From contig JBFWNU010000001.1 in NCBI GenBank assembly GCA_050250895.1, positions 2,278,210 to 2,342,209 on the forward strand: a stretch of 64,000 nucleotides of DNA, read 5' to 3'. The notes below the pieces were generated by a model. That model saw only the letters and a list, made by a program, of their open reading frames with translations, made no database searches and was not told where the DNA came from. Position 1 is the first letter of the stretch. Every line of letters begins with the position of its first letter. This document shows positions 28,491 to 37,720 of this stretch, one piece after another. A program made the translations under genes and the position numbers. The stretch comes from Vulcanimicrobiota bacterium (GTDB lineage: Bacteria; Vulcanimicrobiota; Xenobia; Xenobiales; JADMJV01).

Positions 28491-31079
28491 ATGATTGATT
28501 CCGACAAGCTCACTCCACTCTTTGTCCAGTATTATAGCCTGAAAGAGGCCAATCCCGACTGCGTGATGTTGATGCGGGTGGGCGATTTTTACGAGGCCTA
28601 CGGCGACGATGCCGAATTGCTCGCGCGTGACGCTGAGATCGTCTTGACCTCGAAGGAGGCGGGTGGCGGTCAACGCCTCTCCATGTCGGGCGTGCCCTAT
28701 TTTGCAGTCGATCAGTATCTTCGTGTCATGGTCGAAAAAGGCCACCGGGTGGCCATCGCCGAGCAGATGGAAGACGCTCGCCAGGCCAAGGGACTCGTGC
28801 GTCGCGAGGTGATCCGGGTGGTCACGGCCGGCACCATTCTCGACCCCCAGTTGCTCGACGACAAGCAGCACAACTTCTTGATGTGCCTTTGCCCGACCGG
28901 CGAAGAAGTGGGGCTGGCGGCGGCCGATGTCAGCACCGGCGAGTTCGCCTGCAGCGAGCTCCCGCTGCTAGCCGAGCGCGTGCTCGACGAAGGCTGGCGC
29001 TATCGGCCGGCCGAGGTGGTGCTGGCGGGCAAGCGCGAGGCGCTGAGCGGTTTTGAACGCTTCCCCGAACTGCTCGAGGCGACCCGTGTCGACTCGCCCG
29101 AGAGTTTGAGCTACAAGCAGGCTCAAGAGATCGTGCGCAAGCAGTTTCGGCTGGCCTCGCTGCAGAGTTGTGACCTCGAGGCTCGCAAGGCGGCCGTGTT
29201 GGCCGCTGCTCACCTGCTGCGTTATCTGCAACAGACCCAGCGCAGCAGCGAGATCACGCTGTCACCGCCGCGGGGCTATTCGGTGGCCGACCACATGGTC
29301 ATCGACAACACTTCGCGGCGCAATCTCGAGCTGACCGAGACGCTGCTGGGTCGCGAGCGCAAAGGCAGCCTGTTGTGGGCTACCGACCACACCTGCACCT
29401 CGATGGGGGCGCGCCGGCTGCGCCAGTGGTTGCTGCGCCCGCTACTCGACGTGAAGGCGATCACAGCTCGCCATCAAGCGGTGGGCGCCCTCACCGGCGA
29501 CTACGGGCGCTGCCAGGAGTTGCGCCGCCAACTCGAGCGCATTCTCGATATCGAAAGGCTACTAGCGCGGGTTGTCTATCAAACCGCCAACGCCCGTGAC
29601 CTGCGGGCTCTTCAACAGTCTTTGGCGGCCATGCCAGCCTTGCGCGAGACCGCCTCGGGGCTGGGTGACGCCACCCTGTCACGCCTGGCCGCCGGGCTTG
29701 ACCGCCTCGACGATCTGGCCAGTTTGCTCGACCGGGCGCTGGCCGAAGAACCTCCGGTCTCGCTGCGCGAAGGGGGCTTGATCGCCGAGGGTCACCACGC
29801 CGAACTCGACGAGTTGCGAGGTCTGCGTACCTCGGGTAAGGAGTGGATCGCCTCCTTGCAAGAGCGCGAACGCGAGCAGACCGGCATCCGCTCGCTCAAG
29901 GTGGGTTTCAACCAGGTGTTTGGCTATTATCTCGAGGTCACTCGTTCGAATCTGGGCTCGGTGCCCGACTACTATATTCGCAAGCAGACGCTCTCGAACG
30001 CCGAGCGCTATTTTACTCCCGAACTCAAGGAATACGAGGCCAAAGTGCTGGGCGCCGAGGACCGCATTCGCGAACTGGAATACACCCTCTTTTGCGAGGT
30101 GCGTGACCAGGTCGGTGCCCGGGCTGCTCAGCTTCGTGAATTGGCTGGCGCCGTGTCGGAACTCGACGTGCTGGCCGGGTTCGCCGAAGGAGCGGTGCGC
30201 CACGACTGGATCTGCCCCGAGATGCTCGAAGAGAACCTGCTGGAGGTCGAGGGGGGCCGTCATCCGGTGGTCGAGCGGGCGCTGGACCTGGGCTTTGTGC
30301 CCAACGAGTGCCGCCTCGACAGCGAGGAACGATTGGTGGTCTTGACCGGACCCAACATGAGCGGCAAATCGACCTATCTGCGTCAGAATGCTCTCATCGT
30401 GGTGATGGCTCAGATGGGCAGTTTCGTGCCGGCCCGACGCGCTCGGGTGGGTATCACCGACCGGGTCTTCACCCGGGTGGGCGCGTCCGACGACCTGCAT
30501 CTGGGGCAGTCGACTTTCATGGTCGAGATGAGCGAGGCGGCCAACATTTTGCTGCACGCCACCCCGCGCTCGCTGGTCATTCTCGACGAGATCGGACGCG
30601 GCACCAGCACCTTCGATGGGCTGGCCCTGGCCCGGGCCATCGCCGAGCATCTCTATCATGAGGTCAAGGCGAAGACGCTGTTTGCTACCCATTTTCACGA
30701 GCTGACCCACCTGGCCAAGCGCCTGACCGGCATTCGCAACTATCGGGTGGCGGTGCGCGAGAATCGTGACGATATCGTCTTTCTGCATCGCATCGTGCCG
30801 GGCGGTGCCGATCGCAGCTACGGCATCTATGTGGCCCAGTTGGCGGGCGTGCCCGAGGCGGTGCTCGAACGGGCCAAGGTGCTCCTCAAGGAACTCGAAA
30901 AGGGTAGCAAGAAGGGGCCCGACCAGGCCCGCGACAGCCATCAGTTGTCGTTGTTTGCCGGCGTGGAAAGTCCCGGTTGGACCGAAGAGTTAGCCAATCT
31001 GGACCTGGCTCGTCTGACTCCGGAACAAGCTCTGGCCAAACTGCATCAATGGAAGAACCGCCTGCTCAGCTGTGTCTGA
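28491..31079 (+). CDS. mutS: DNA mismatch repair protein MutS
   Basis: MutS domain I N-terminus (TPLFVQYYSLKEANPDCVMLMRVGDFYE), Walker A GPNMSGKST, C-terminal dimerisation region; 862 aa. Confidence 0.95.
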   Translation: MIDSDKLTPLFVQYYSLKEANPDCVMLMRVGDFYEAYGDDAELLARDAEIVLTSKEAGGGQRLSMSGVPYFAVDQYLRVMVEKGHRVAIAEQMEDARQAKGLVRREVIRVVTAGTILDPQLLDDKQHNFLMCLCPTGEEVGLAAADVSTGEFACSELPLLAERVLDEGWRYRPAEVVLAGKREALSGFERFPELLEATRVDSPESLSYKQAQEIVRKQFRLASLQSCDLEARKAAVLAAAHLLRYLQQTQRSSEITLSPPRGYSVADHMVIDNTSRRNLELTETLLGRERKGSLLWATDHTCTSMGARRLRQWLLRPLLDVKAITARHQAVGALTGDYGRCQELRRQLERILDIERLLARVVYQTANARDLRALQQSLAAMPALRETASGLGDATLSRLAAGLDRLDDLASLLDRALAEEPPVSLREGGLIAEGHHAELDELRGLRTSGKEWIASLQEREREQTGIRSLKVGFNQVFGYYLEVTRSNLGSVPDYYIRKQTLSNAERYFTPELKEYEAKVLGAEDRIRELEYTLFCEVRDQVGARAAQLRELAGAVSELDVLAGFAEGAVRHDWICPEMLEENLLEVEGGRHPVVERALDLGFVPNECRLDSEERLVVLTGPNMSGKSTYLRQNALIVVMAQMGSFVPARRARVGITDRVFTRVGASDDLHLGQSTFMVEMSEAANILLHATPRSLVILDEIGRGTSTFDGLALARAIAEHLYHEVKAKTLFATHFHELTHLAKRLTGIRNYRVAVRENRDDIVFLHRIVPGGADRSYGIYVAQLAGVPEAVLERAKVLLKELEKGSKKGPDQARDSHQLSLFAGVESPGWTEELANLDLARLTPEQALAKLHQWKNRLLSCV

Positions 31080-32575
31080 GCCGGCGCCACGGAGGGATAT
31101 TGGGTTTAGGGCGTGACCGGGTCGACTTGACCCTGATTTGCCTGCGTTTGGCCGTGCTCGTTCTGACGGCGGCCAAGAGTCTGGGGGGTAAAGCCAGCGA
31201 GGACCAGTGGGACCCGCGCGTGGTCGGGGCGGTGGCCGTCATCTATCTCTTGCTCTCGATGTCGGTCGAATTGCTGGTCAACAAGCGTTGGAAAACCAGC
31301 GCTCTGGCCGCCTCGGATCTGGTGGTGGGTTCGTTGCTTTATGCTTTCCATCCCGATGCCACCCTGTCGTTCTTGCCGGCCCTGGGTGTAGTCGAAGCCT
31401 TTCGCACCAACCCGGCCTTCGGCGGGGGGGCGGCCGCCGTGGCGCTGCTCTTGCTAGCTCAGCTCGGCTCGCTCTCGCACGGCGGAACGGATTGGGTGCT
31501 CGGTCACCTGGTGGTGCAGGTCGCCGTGGTTTCGTTTGCCAGCGGGGCGGGCTTTTTGGCCTGGAGTCTTCAGCGCGTGTCCGGACCGGCCGGCACTTTC
31601 GAGCACCTGCTCTCGACCACACTCTTTCCGGCCCGAGCTTCGGTGGAGGAAGTGATCGAGCGAGTGCTCGACCTGATGGATCCGCTCTTCGGAGCCGAGC
31701 GGGCGGTCGTCTATCTGCACCACGAGGACGACGACAAACCGGCCCGGATGCGCGCCGTCGGCAAGCAGAGCGAGGGCTTTGAGGACTTTCAGCTCGACCA
31801 GCGCAGCTCGGTGCTGGTGAGCGTGTTAAACGATCGGGAAGGACGCTTGTTAGGGCCGGTGACCAAAGGCACCGAGCAGGTCATTCCCGAGGGATTGCTC
31901 GGCTCGGGAATGGTGGCGCCGCTGATCGTCGAAGGACGCCCCGTCGGGGCCTGCCTGATTACTCACGCCGCCCCCGAGAAGTATCGAGCATCTGACCTTG
32001 AGCGATTTAAGTTGGTAGCCACCCAGCTGGCCACTAGCCTGGGTCGCATCGAATTGCAGCAACCAGGAGGGGGCTTGGCCAAAAACGACGCCGTTACCGG
32101 ACTTTTCACCCACGCATACTTTCAAGACCATCTGGGCCGGGCTATTTCCAAGGCCAAATATCAGAATGGCACGGTGGCTCTGATGATTCTCAATGTGGAT
32201 TTCTTCAAGCGGGTCAACGACCGCTACGGTCACAGCCAGGGCGACTCCCTGCTGCGCCAGGTGGCCGGGGTAGTGCGCTCGACGGTGCGACCCGAGGACA
32301 CCGTCTGTCGCTTCGGACCCGACACGTTTTCGGTCACCATGCCTGACACCAATCGCGCCAACGGCGCTATCGCCGGCGAGAGACTGCGCCAGGCCATCGA
32401 GCAGAACGAATTCGTGGTCGGCAACGAAATCATCGCCCTCACGATCTCGGCGGGAGTGGCCGCCTTTCCTGAAGACGTCGAGACCAAGAAAGAGTTGATC
32501 GACAAAGCCGAAGAGGCTCGCTTCGAGGCCACTCAGCGGGGCCGCAACAAGGTCTGCTCGGCCGGAGATTCGTGA
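31049..32575 (+). CDS. Membrane GAF-GGDEF protein with degenerate active site (RFGPDTF)
   Basis: Several N-terminal TM helices, GAF-like middle. GGDEF fold motifs (LMILNVDFFKRVND…GHSQGD) but GG(D/E)EF is replaced by GPDTF, with RPED just upstream. Start uncertain (31049-31130). Confidence 0.75.
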   Translation: MEEPPAQLCLSRRHGGILGLGRDRVDLTLICLRLAVLVLTAAKSLGGKASEDQWDPRVVGAVAVIYLLLSMSVELLVNKRWKTSALAASDLVVGSLLYAFHPDATLSFLPALGVVEAFRTNPAFGGGAAAVALLLLAQLGSLSHGGTDWVLGHLVVQVAVVSFASGAGFLAWSLQRVSGPAGTFEHLLSTTLFPARASVEEVIERVLDLMDPLFGAERAVVYLHHEDDDKPARMRAVGKQSEGFEDFQLDQRSSVLVSVLNDREGRLLGPVTKGTEQVIPEGLLGSGMVAPLIVEGRPVGACLITHAAPEKYRASDLERFKLVATQLATSLGRIELQQPGGGLAKNDAVTGLFTHAYFQDHLGRAISKAKYQNGTVALMILNVDFFKRVNDRYGHSQGDSLLRQVAGVVRSTVRPEDTVCRFGPDTFSVTMPDTNRANGAIAGERLRQAIEQNEFVVGNEIIALTISAGVAAFPEDVETKKELIDKAEEARFEATQRGRNKVCSAGDS

Positions 32576-35553
32576 CCAGCAACGTCCAAGAGCGGCGTTC
32601 GGCCGCCGAGCGCGCCTCGATGGCTTCGAGTCTGGCCGAGATCTGCTCGGGCCTCACCGACGAGCAGCTCGAGGCTGTCCGGCATGGTTCGGGGCCGCTT
32701 TTGATCGTGGCCGGTGCGGGCACCGGTAAGACGACCGTGGTCACCCGCCGGATCGCCTATCTGATCGCCTCGGGATTAGCTCAACCTTCGGAAGTGCTGG
32801 CCCTGACCTTCACCGAGAAGGCGGCGGCCGAGATGCAGGAGCGCGTGGATGTGCTGTTGCCCTACGGCTATGCCGACATCCAGATCTCGACCTTTCATTC
32901 CTTTGGCGACCGCCTGTTGCGTCAGAACGCCCTCGAGATAGGCTTGAGCCCCGACTTCAAGGTCCTTTCTGGCCCCGAGCAGGTGCTGTTCTTGCGCGAC
33001 AACCTGTTTCGCTTGCCGCTGGAGCGCTATCGCCCTCCCGGCAATCCCACCGGCCACCTGCAAGCCCTCGTCTCCCATTTCGGCAAGGCCAAGGATGAGG
33101 ACCGGGCCCCGGCCGAGTATGTGCGCTTTGCCGAGGCGCTGGTCGAGGCCGCTGGCGACGAGCCCGAGGCCCGCGACCGGGCCGAGTCGCAACTCGAGTT
33201 GGCCCGCTGCTACCACACCTATCAGAAACTGATGACCGAGCAAGGTTATCTCGACTTTGGCGACCAGGTGTGGCTGGTGCTCGAACTTTTGCGGCAACGC
33301 CCGGCTCTGCTCGAACGACTGCGCCAGCGCTATCGGTTCGTGCTGGTCGACGAGTTTCAAGACACCAACTATGCCCAGTTTGCCCTGGTCAAGATGCTGG
33401 CGGGCGAGGCTCCCAATCTGACCGTGGTGGGCGATGACGACCAGTCGATCTATCAGTTTCGCGGCGCCGCCCTGGGCAACATCCTCGAGTTCACCGAGGT
33501 CTATCCTCAGGCCCACCAGGTAGTGCTGCGCACCAACTTCCGTTCCACCCAAACCGTGCTCGACTCGGCTTACAAGTCGATCGTGCACAACAACCCCGAG
33601 CGCCTCGAGGTGCGCAACGGCATCGACAAGCGTCTGGTGTCGGATCGCAGCCAGAAGAGCACCGAATCCGATTCCGAGATTGAATACACCTCGTTTGACC
33701 TGGTGTCGTCCGAGGCCGAGGCGGTGGCCGAACGCATCGCCGAGCTGGTCGAAAAACAAGGCCACGCCTATTCGGATTGCGCGATTCTGGTGCGGGTCAA
33801 CCGCGAGGCCGACCCTTACCTGCGGGCCCTCAACATGAAGGGCATCCCGTTCCGGTTTACCGGCAATCGCGGCCTCTACTCCCGGCCCGAGATTCGCTTC
33901 GTGACCTCGTTCTTGCGTTCGCTTTGCGACCCCACCGACAGTATCAGCCACTTCCACCTGGCCTCTCACGAGCTATTCGCCTTTCCTCGTTTGTCGCTGG
34001 TGTTGCTCTCGAGTTATGCCAACCGCCGCAACCTGCCCCTGCGCCGGGTCTTCGAACTGCACGGGCTAGCTCTCGAGCCCAGCGACGAAACCCTCGACAT
34101 CGACCTGCCCAGCCGCGAGGCCATCGATGGTTTTCTCAACTGTCTCGAGCAGTATCTCGAGCGCATCGCCGACGAAACTCCGGGTCGCATCCTCTATCGC
34201 TTCGTGACCGAGACGGGCTGGCTAGAACAGCTGACCCGGGGCCAGCAAGAGGGCGAGATCGCCATCCAGAATCTGGCTCGCTTCTTCGAGATTATCAAGA
34301 ACTTCGAGACCCTCTATCCGGGTGCCCAACTGCCCCAGTTCGTGCGCCATCTCGACTTGCTCATCGAAGCCGGCGACTCGCCGGCCGTGGTCGAGGCCGA
34401 TGCCGGCACCGAAGCCGTCGAGGTACTGACGGTCCACAAATCCAAGGGGCTCGAGTTTCCGGCTGTCTTTCTGGTGGGTCTCTCCGAAGGGCGCTTTCCC
34501 ACCCGCGAGCGCGTCGCCGCCCTCGAGTTTCCGGCCGAGTTGATGCGCGACCCCGAGGCGGGCAGCGCCGAGCGCCACGTGCAAGAAGAGCGGCGCCTGT
34601 TCTATGTGGCCGTGACCCGGGCCAAAGAGTGGCTCTGGCTGTCGAGTTCTTTTGATGCCGGCCAGGGCCGCGCTCAAAAGGTCAGCCGCTTCGTGCTCGA
34701 GGCGCTGGATCGTCCCCGGGTGGATCTGGCCGTGGTGCGCACCTCTTCGCTCGAAACCCTCAATCGCTTTGCGCCCCAGCCGGTGGCCGAACAGGGCTGG
34801 GCCAAGATGCACCCGGATCGGATGCTGACGCTATCCTTTCGCAAGATCGATGACTATCTCACCTGCCCCCAGAAGTATAAGTTCGTGCAGGTGCTGCGGG
34901 TGCCCATCTTGCCGCACCACTCGGTGGTCTATGGCAACGCCCTTCACAGCGCGGTTTCGCTCTGCCTCGAGGGCAAGATGAAAGGCGAGATGCCTGCCTT
35001 CGAGGACCTCGAGGCCGAGTTCAAGCGAGCCTGGACAGGTGAGGGTTTTCTCACCCTCGAGCACGAGCAGCAACGCTTCCAGGCCGGCCTGACCGCCCTG
35101 CAGAGTTTCTACGACCACGAGCTAGAGCAAGAGTTGGTGCCGCTGCACGTCGAGAAAGACTTCGCTTTCACGGTGGGCCGCAATAAGGTGATTGGGCGCT
35201 GGGACCGGGTCGACTCGCTGGCCGGCGAAATCATTCTCAGCGACTACAAGTCGGCGGCCGTGGCCAATCAAGAGCAAGCCGACACCCGGGCCCGCGAAAG
35301 CCTGCAACTATCGCTGTACGCCCTGGCCTATCGCCAGCAAGAAGGCGTGCTGCCCCGCGAGGTGCGCCTCATCTTTCTCGAGACCGGCCTGGTGGGCCGC
35401 TCGACCGTCGACAGCGCCCGCCTCAACGATGCCCTCTCGAAAATCCGCCGCGCCGCCGCCGGCATCCGCGCCCGCGACTACACGCCCAAACCGCGGCAAC
35501 GAGTGTGCAGCACCTGCGCCTATCGAGAAATCTGCCCCGCCACCACCAGTTAG
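32572..35553 (+). CDS. UvrD/PcrA-family helicase fused to C-terminal 4-Cys PD-(D/E)XK nuclease (AddA/AdnB-like)
   Basis: GTG start overlaps the upstream TGA (GTGA). Walker A AGAGTGKTT, UvrD motifs. C-terminal ~250 aa with Cys at YLTCPQKY plus CSTCAYREICP (Cas4/AddB-type) and a DYK-like nuclease core. Confidence 0.85.
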   Translation: MTSNVQERRSAAERASMASSLAEICSGLTDEQLEAVRHGSGPLLIVAGAGTGKTTVVTRRIAYLIASGLAQPSEVLALTFTEKAAAEMQERVDVLLPYGYADIQISTFHSFGDRLLRQNALEIGLSPDFKVLSGPEQVLFLRDNLFRLPLERYRPPGNPTGHLQALVSHFGKAKDEDRAPAEYVRFAEALVEAAGDEPEARDRAESQLELARCYHTYQKLMTEQGYLDFGDQVWLVLELLRQRPALLERLRQRYRFVLVDEFQDTNYAQFALVKMLAGEAPNLTVVGDDDQSIYQFRGAALGNILEFTEVYPQAHQVVLRTNFRSTQTVLDSAYKSIVHNNPERLEVRNGIDKRLVSDRSQKSTESDSEIEYTSFDLVSSEAEAVAERIAELVEKQGHAYSDCAILVRVNREADPYLRALNMKGIPFRFTGNRGLYSRPEIRFVTSFLRSLCDPTDSISHFHLASHELFAFPRLSLVLLSSYANRRNLPLRRVFELHGLALEPSDETLDIDLPSREAIDGFLNCLEQYLERIADETPGRILYRFVTETGWLEQLTRGQQEGEIAIQNLARFFEIIKNFETLYPGAQLPQFVRHLDLLIEAGDSPAVVEADAGTEAVEVLTVHKSKGLEFPAVFLVGLSEGRFPTRERVAALEFPAELMRDPEAGSAERHVQEERRLFYVAVTRAKEWLWLSSSFDAGQGRAQKVSRFVLEALDRPRVDLAVVRTSSLETLNRFAPQPVAEQGWAKMHPDRMLTLSFRKIDDYLTCPQKYKFVQVLRVPILPHHSVVYGNALHSAVSLCLEGKMKGEMPAFEDLEAEFKRAWTGEGFLTLEHEQQRFQAGLTALQSFYDHELEQELVPLHVEKDFAFTVGRNKVIGRWDRVDSLAGEIILSDYKSAAVANQEQADTRARESLQLSLYALAYRQQEGVLPREVRLIFLETGLVGRSTVDSARLNDALSKIRRAAAGIRARDYTPKPRQRVCSTCAYREICPATTS

Positions 35554-35772
35554 GGAGCGCGTCGCTTCGCTCCGCGTGAGAAGGAGCGCGTCGCTTCGCT
35601 CGCGGGAAAAGGAGCGGCCCTGGGGGCCGGGAGAAGAAGCGAACTGAGCGACAGCTCAGTTCGAGAGCGGCTGCGCCGACATCTCCGCGCGAAGCGCCCG
35701 GCTCCTTTCCCCGCGTAGCGGCTCCCTGTCGGCCGCAGGCCGAAGTCTCGGCGGCGCAGCCGTCGCTCCCTG

Positions 35773-36771
35773 CTACTCGTCGTCTTTCTTCGTCTTCTCG
35801 CCGAGGTCGAGACCGGGAATCTGGAGCGAGCCTTTCATGACGGCGTCGACCAGCGGAATGCCGCCCAGCAGGGTCAGCAACACGCCGGCGCCCACGGCCA
35901 CGGAATTGCGGACGAAGTCGGTGCGCATGAAGGGGATGTCGTAGAGGGGCGAGCGCTCTTCAGCCCCGACGGCGTGGCCCTGGACGACGATCTTCTCGAT
36001 GATGGTGACGGCGTCGCGCACCAGCAGTTTGACCATGGCCTCGCCGAATTCTTTGGTGGCCCGGGCGGGATCGCCGAGGTAGCCGGCGCCGCCGCCGATG
36101 GTGCGAACCAGGTCGTCGTTGACCTTGCGAAAGTCAGACTCGACCACCGGCTCGAGTTGGCGATAGTTCGAGCGCACCATGTCGGCGGCGATGACCAGCA
36201 TCAGCGAAGTCTCCCAGCGACCGGCGTGCCAATCGTTGCGCAGCAAGTCTTTCTCTTCTTTGGTGAGGGGCTTCGAGAGCATCCGGTCGAGATCGGCCTC
36301 GTAGGCCCCCGAGAAGAACTTCATGGCCAGCGCGCCGGTGGGCGAGACGGTGCGGGCGTCATACTTCTTGTTGATCATCTCGCTGGCTTCTTCCATGGCT
36401 ACGATGTGGCCGGTGCCGCCGTGGACGCTCATAAAGACGATGTTCTTGAAGCCGTGGCGGGCCAGGGCTCCGCAATAGTCGACCAGCAAGTCGCGCAGCA
36501 CCCGCTGGCGGGTGAACATTCCACCGGGAAAGTCAAAGGCGTTCGAGCCCAGCGGCATGGGGGGAGGCAGCAACACGGTCCAATTCGGGTGTTCGAATAC
36601 GAACAACTCGGCCGTTCGGCGAGCCAGGTATTCGGTGCCGTAGAGGTCGAGGCCCACCGGCAGGTGGGGGCCGTGTTGCTCGAGCGGACTGATGGGCAAA
36701 AAGATCAGCGTCTCGTCGCGAGCGAGCTCGTCGAGCTCGTACCAGGTCATTTCGGCCATCTTGCGGATCAT
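35773..36771 (-). CDS. Creatininase-family amidohydrolase (ArfB/MftE-like) with C-terminal hydrophobic tail
   Basis: Family-like motif LPISPLEQHGPHLPVGLD, HGGTGH metal-ligand segment; 332 aa. Confidence 0.75.
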   Translation of the reverse strand: MIRKMAEMTWYELDELARDETLIFLPISPLEQHGPHLPVGLDLYGTEYLARRTAELFVFEHPNWTVLLPPPMPLGSNAFDFPGGMFTRQRVLRDLLVDYCGALARHGFKNIVFMSVHGGTGHIVAMEEASEMINKKYDARTVSPTGALAMKFFSGAYEADLDRMLSKPLTKEEKDLLRNDWHAGRWETSLMLVIAADMVRSNYRQLEPVVESDFRKVNDDLVRTIGGGAGYLGDPARATKEFGEAMVKLLVRDAVTIIEKIVVQGHAVGAEERSPLYDIPFMRTDFVRNSVAVGAGVLLTLLGGIPLVDAVMKGSLQIPGLDLGEKTKKDDE

Positions 36772-36811
36772 GCGAGTCCTCCCAGACCCCCTATTCGAGA
36801 AAACTTCAACG

Positions 36812-37720
36812 TCAGGGCCACAATCCCTGGATTAACGCTGCTCCGGCCGCGGCCAGCAAGCCCAGGCCGGCCGCTTCGCGGGGCGCAACGACCGGCTGCA
36901 GTAGCACCCGGCCGCCCCGACAGCCGACGTAGAACCCTTTGGCGTCGCGCCCCTTGCGCCCCGGGGGCGCCGGGTCGCGGGTCCAGTCGACGGCCCGCCA
37001 GCGAAAGCCGGGGGCCTGCGAGAGCTCGTCGTGCCAGAGGCTGGCTCCTCTCAAGAAGTGATAGACGCGCTCCACCGGCCAGGCGTGCCAGTCGATGAGG
37101 CGCTGGTGGGGATGCACCAGCGGGGCTCTCGAGGGTTCACCGCGTTGGGGTTGGGGTTGCAGCGGATTGGCGAGGCAATCGACCAGCAGTCGACTGCCGA
37201 TATCGAGGACCTGATCGAAGAGTTCGCTGGCCGTCACCCCGAACGGGATGGGGAAGGTCTGTTGGGCCAGAATGGGACCGGTGTCGAGGCCTTCGTCGAG
37301 CAGGTGGACGGTAAAGCCCCCTTCGGGTTCCTGGTGATAGAACTGCCACAGCCAGGGATAGATGCCGCGATAACGTGGCAATAGCGAGGGGTGGAGATTG
37401 AGGGCCGGCCGGGACGAGAAGACCCAGCTCGGCAGGCGAAAGGGAAAGTTGGCCAGGCACAACGCCTCGGGCTTGACCTGTTCGAGCAACTCGCGCAGGC
37501 CGCGCAGGTCGCTCTGCACGGTCAGGTGGCGGGCCTGGTGGTGGCGGCTAAAGCGCGCCAGGTTGCCGCTCTGGGGGTTGCCGGCAAGCCAGCGACGCAG
37601 GCGCGGAGCGGGAGCCACGAAGTAGCCTTCGACCACGGCCGCCAGTTGGTGGGCCTGGGCCAGGGCCTCGAGCGGCCGGGTCGACAGCCGGCCGTTACTG
37701 CCGAAGAAGACCAGCTTCAA
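36812..37720 (-). CDS. Formyltransferase-family protein (Fmt-like)
   Basis: Formyl_trans_N motif NLHPSLLPRYRG and N-terminal Rossmann (KLVFFGS); 302 aa. Confidence 0.7.
   Translation of the reverse strand: MKLVFFGSNGRLSTRPLEALAQAHQLAAVVEGYFVAPAPRLRRWLAGNPQSGNLARFSRHHQARHLTVQSDLRGLRELLEQVKPEALCLANFPFRLPSWVFSSRPALNLHPSLLPRYRGIYPWLWQFYHQEPEGGFTVHLLDEGLDTGPILAQQTFPIPFGVTASELFDQVLDIGSRLLVDCLANPLQPQPQRGEPSRAPLVHPHQRLIDWHAWPVERVYHFLRGASLWHDELSQAPGFRWRAVDWTRDPAPPGRKGRDAKGFYVGCRGGRVLLQPVVAPREAAGLGLLAAAGAALIQGLWP

Noticed and set aside
28017-28871. Full 284-aa version of the acidic protein ORF
   Set aside because: Its N-terminal 197 residues would overlap the mutS start on the opposite strand. The internal Met at 28280 gives a compact acidic protein instead. 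Even this is only moderate confidence.
29679-30941. 420-aa ORF antisense to mutS
   Set aside because: mutS identity is unambiguous. The antisense frame has no recognisable features.
32776-33969. 397-aa and other ORFs antisense to, or out of frame within, the UvrD-nuclease gene (also 33777-34655 plus, 34222-34812 minus)
   Set aside because: They lie inside a well-supported helicase gene. High GC keeps the frames open.
35974-37098. 374-aa + strand ORF opposite the creatininase and formyltransferase genes
   Set aside because: Arg/Ala-rich tail with no domains. The minus-strand genes have clear family motifs.
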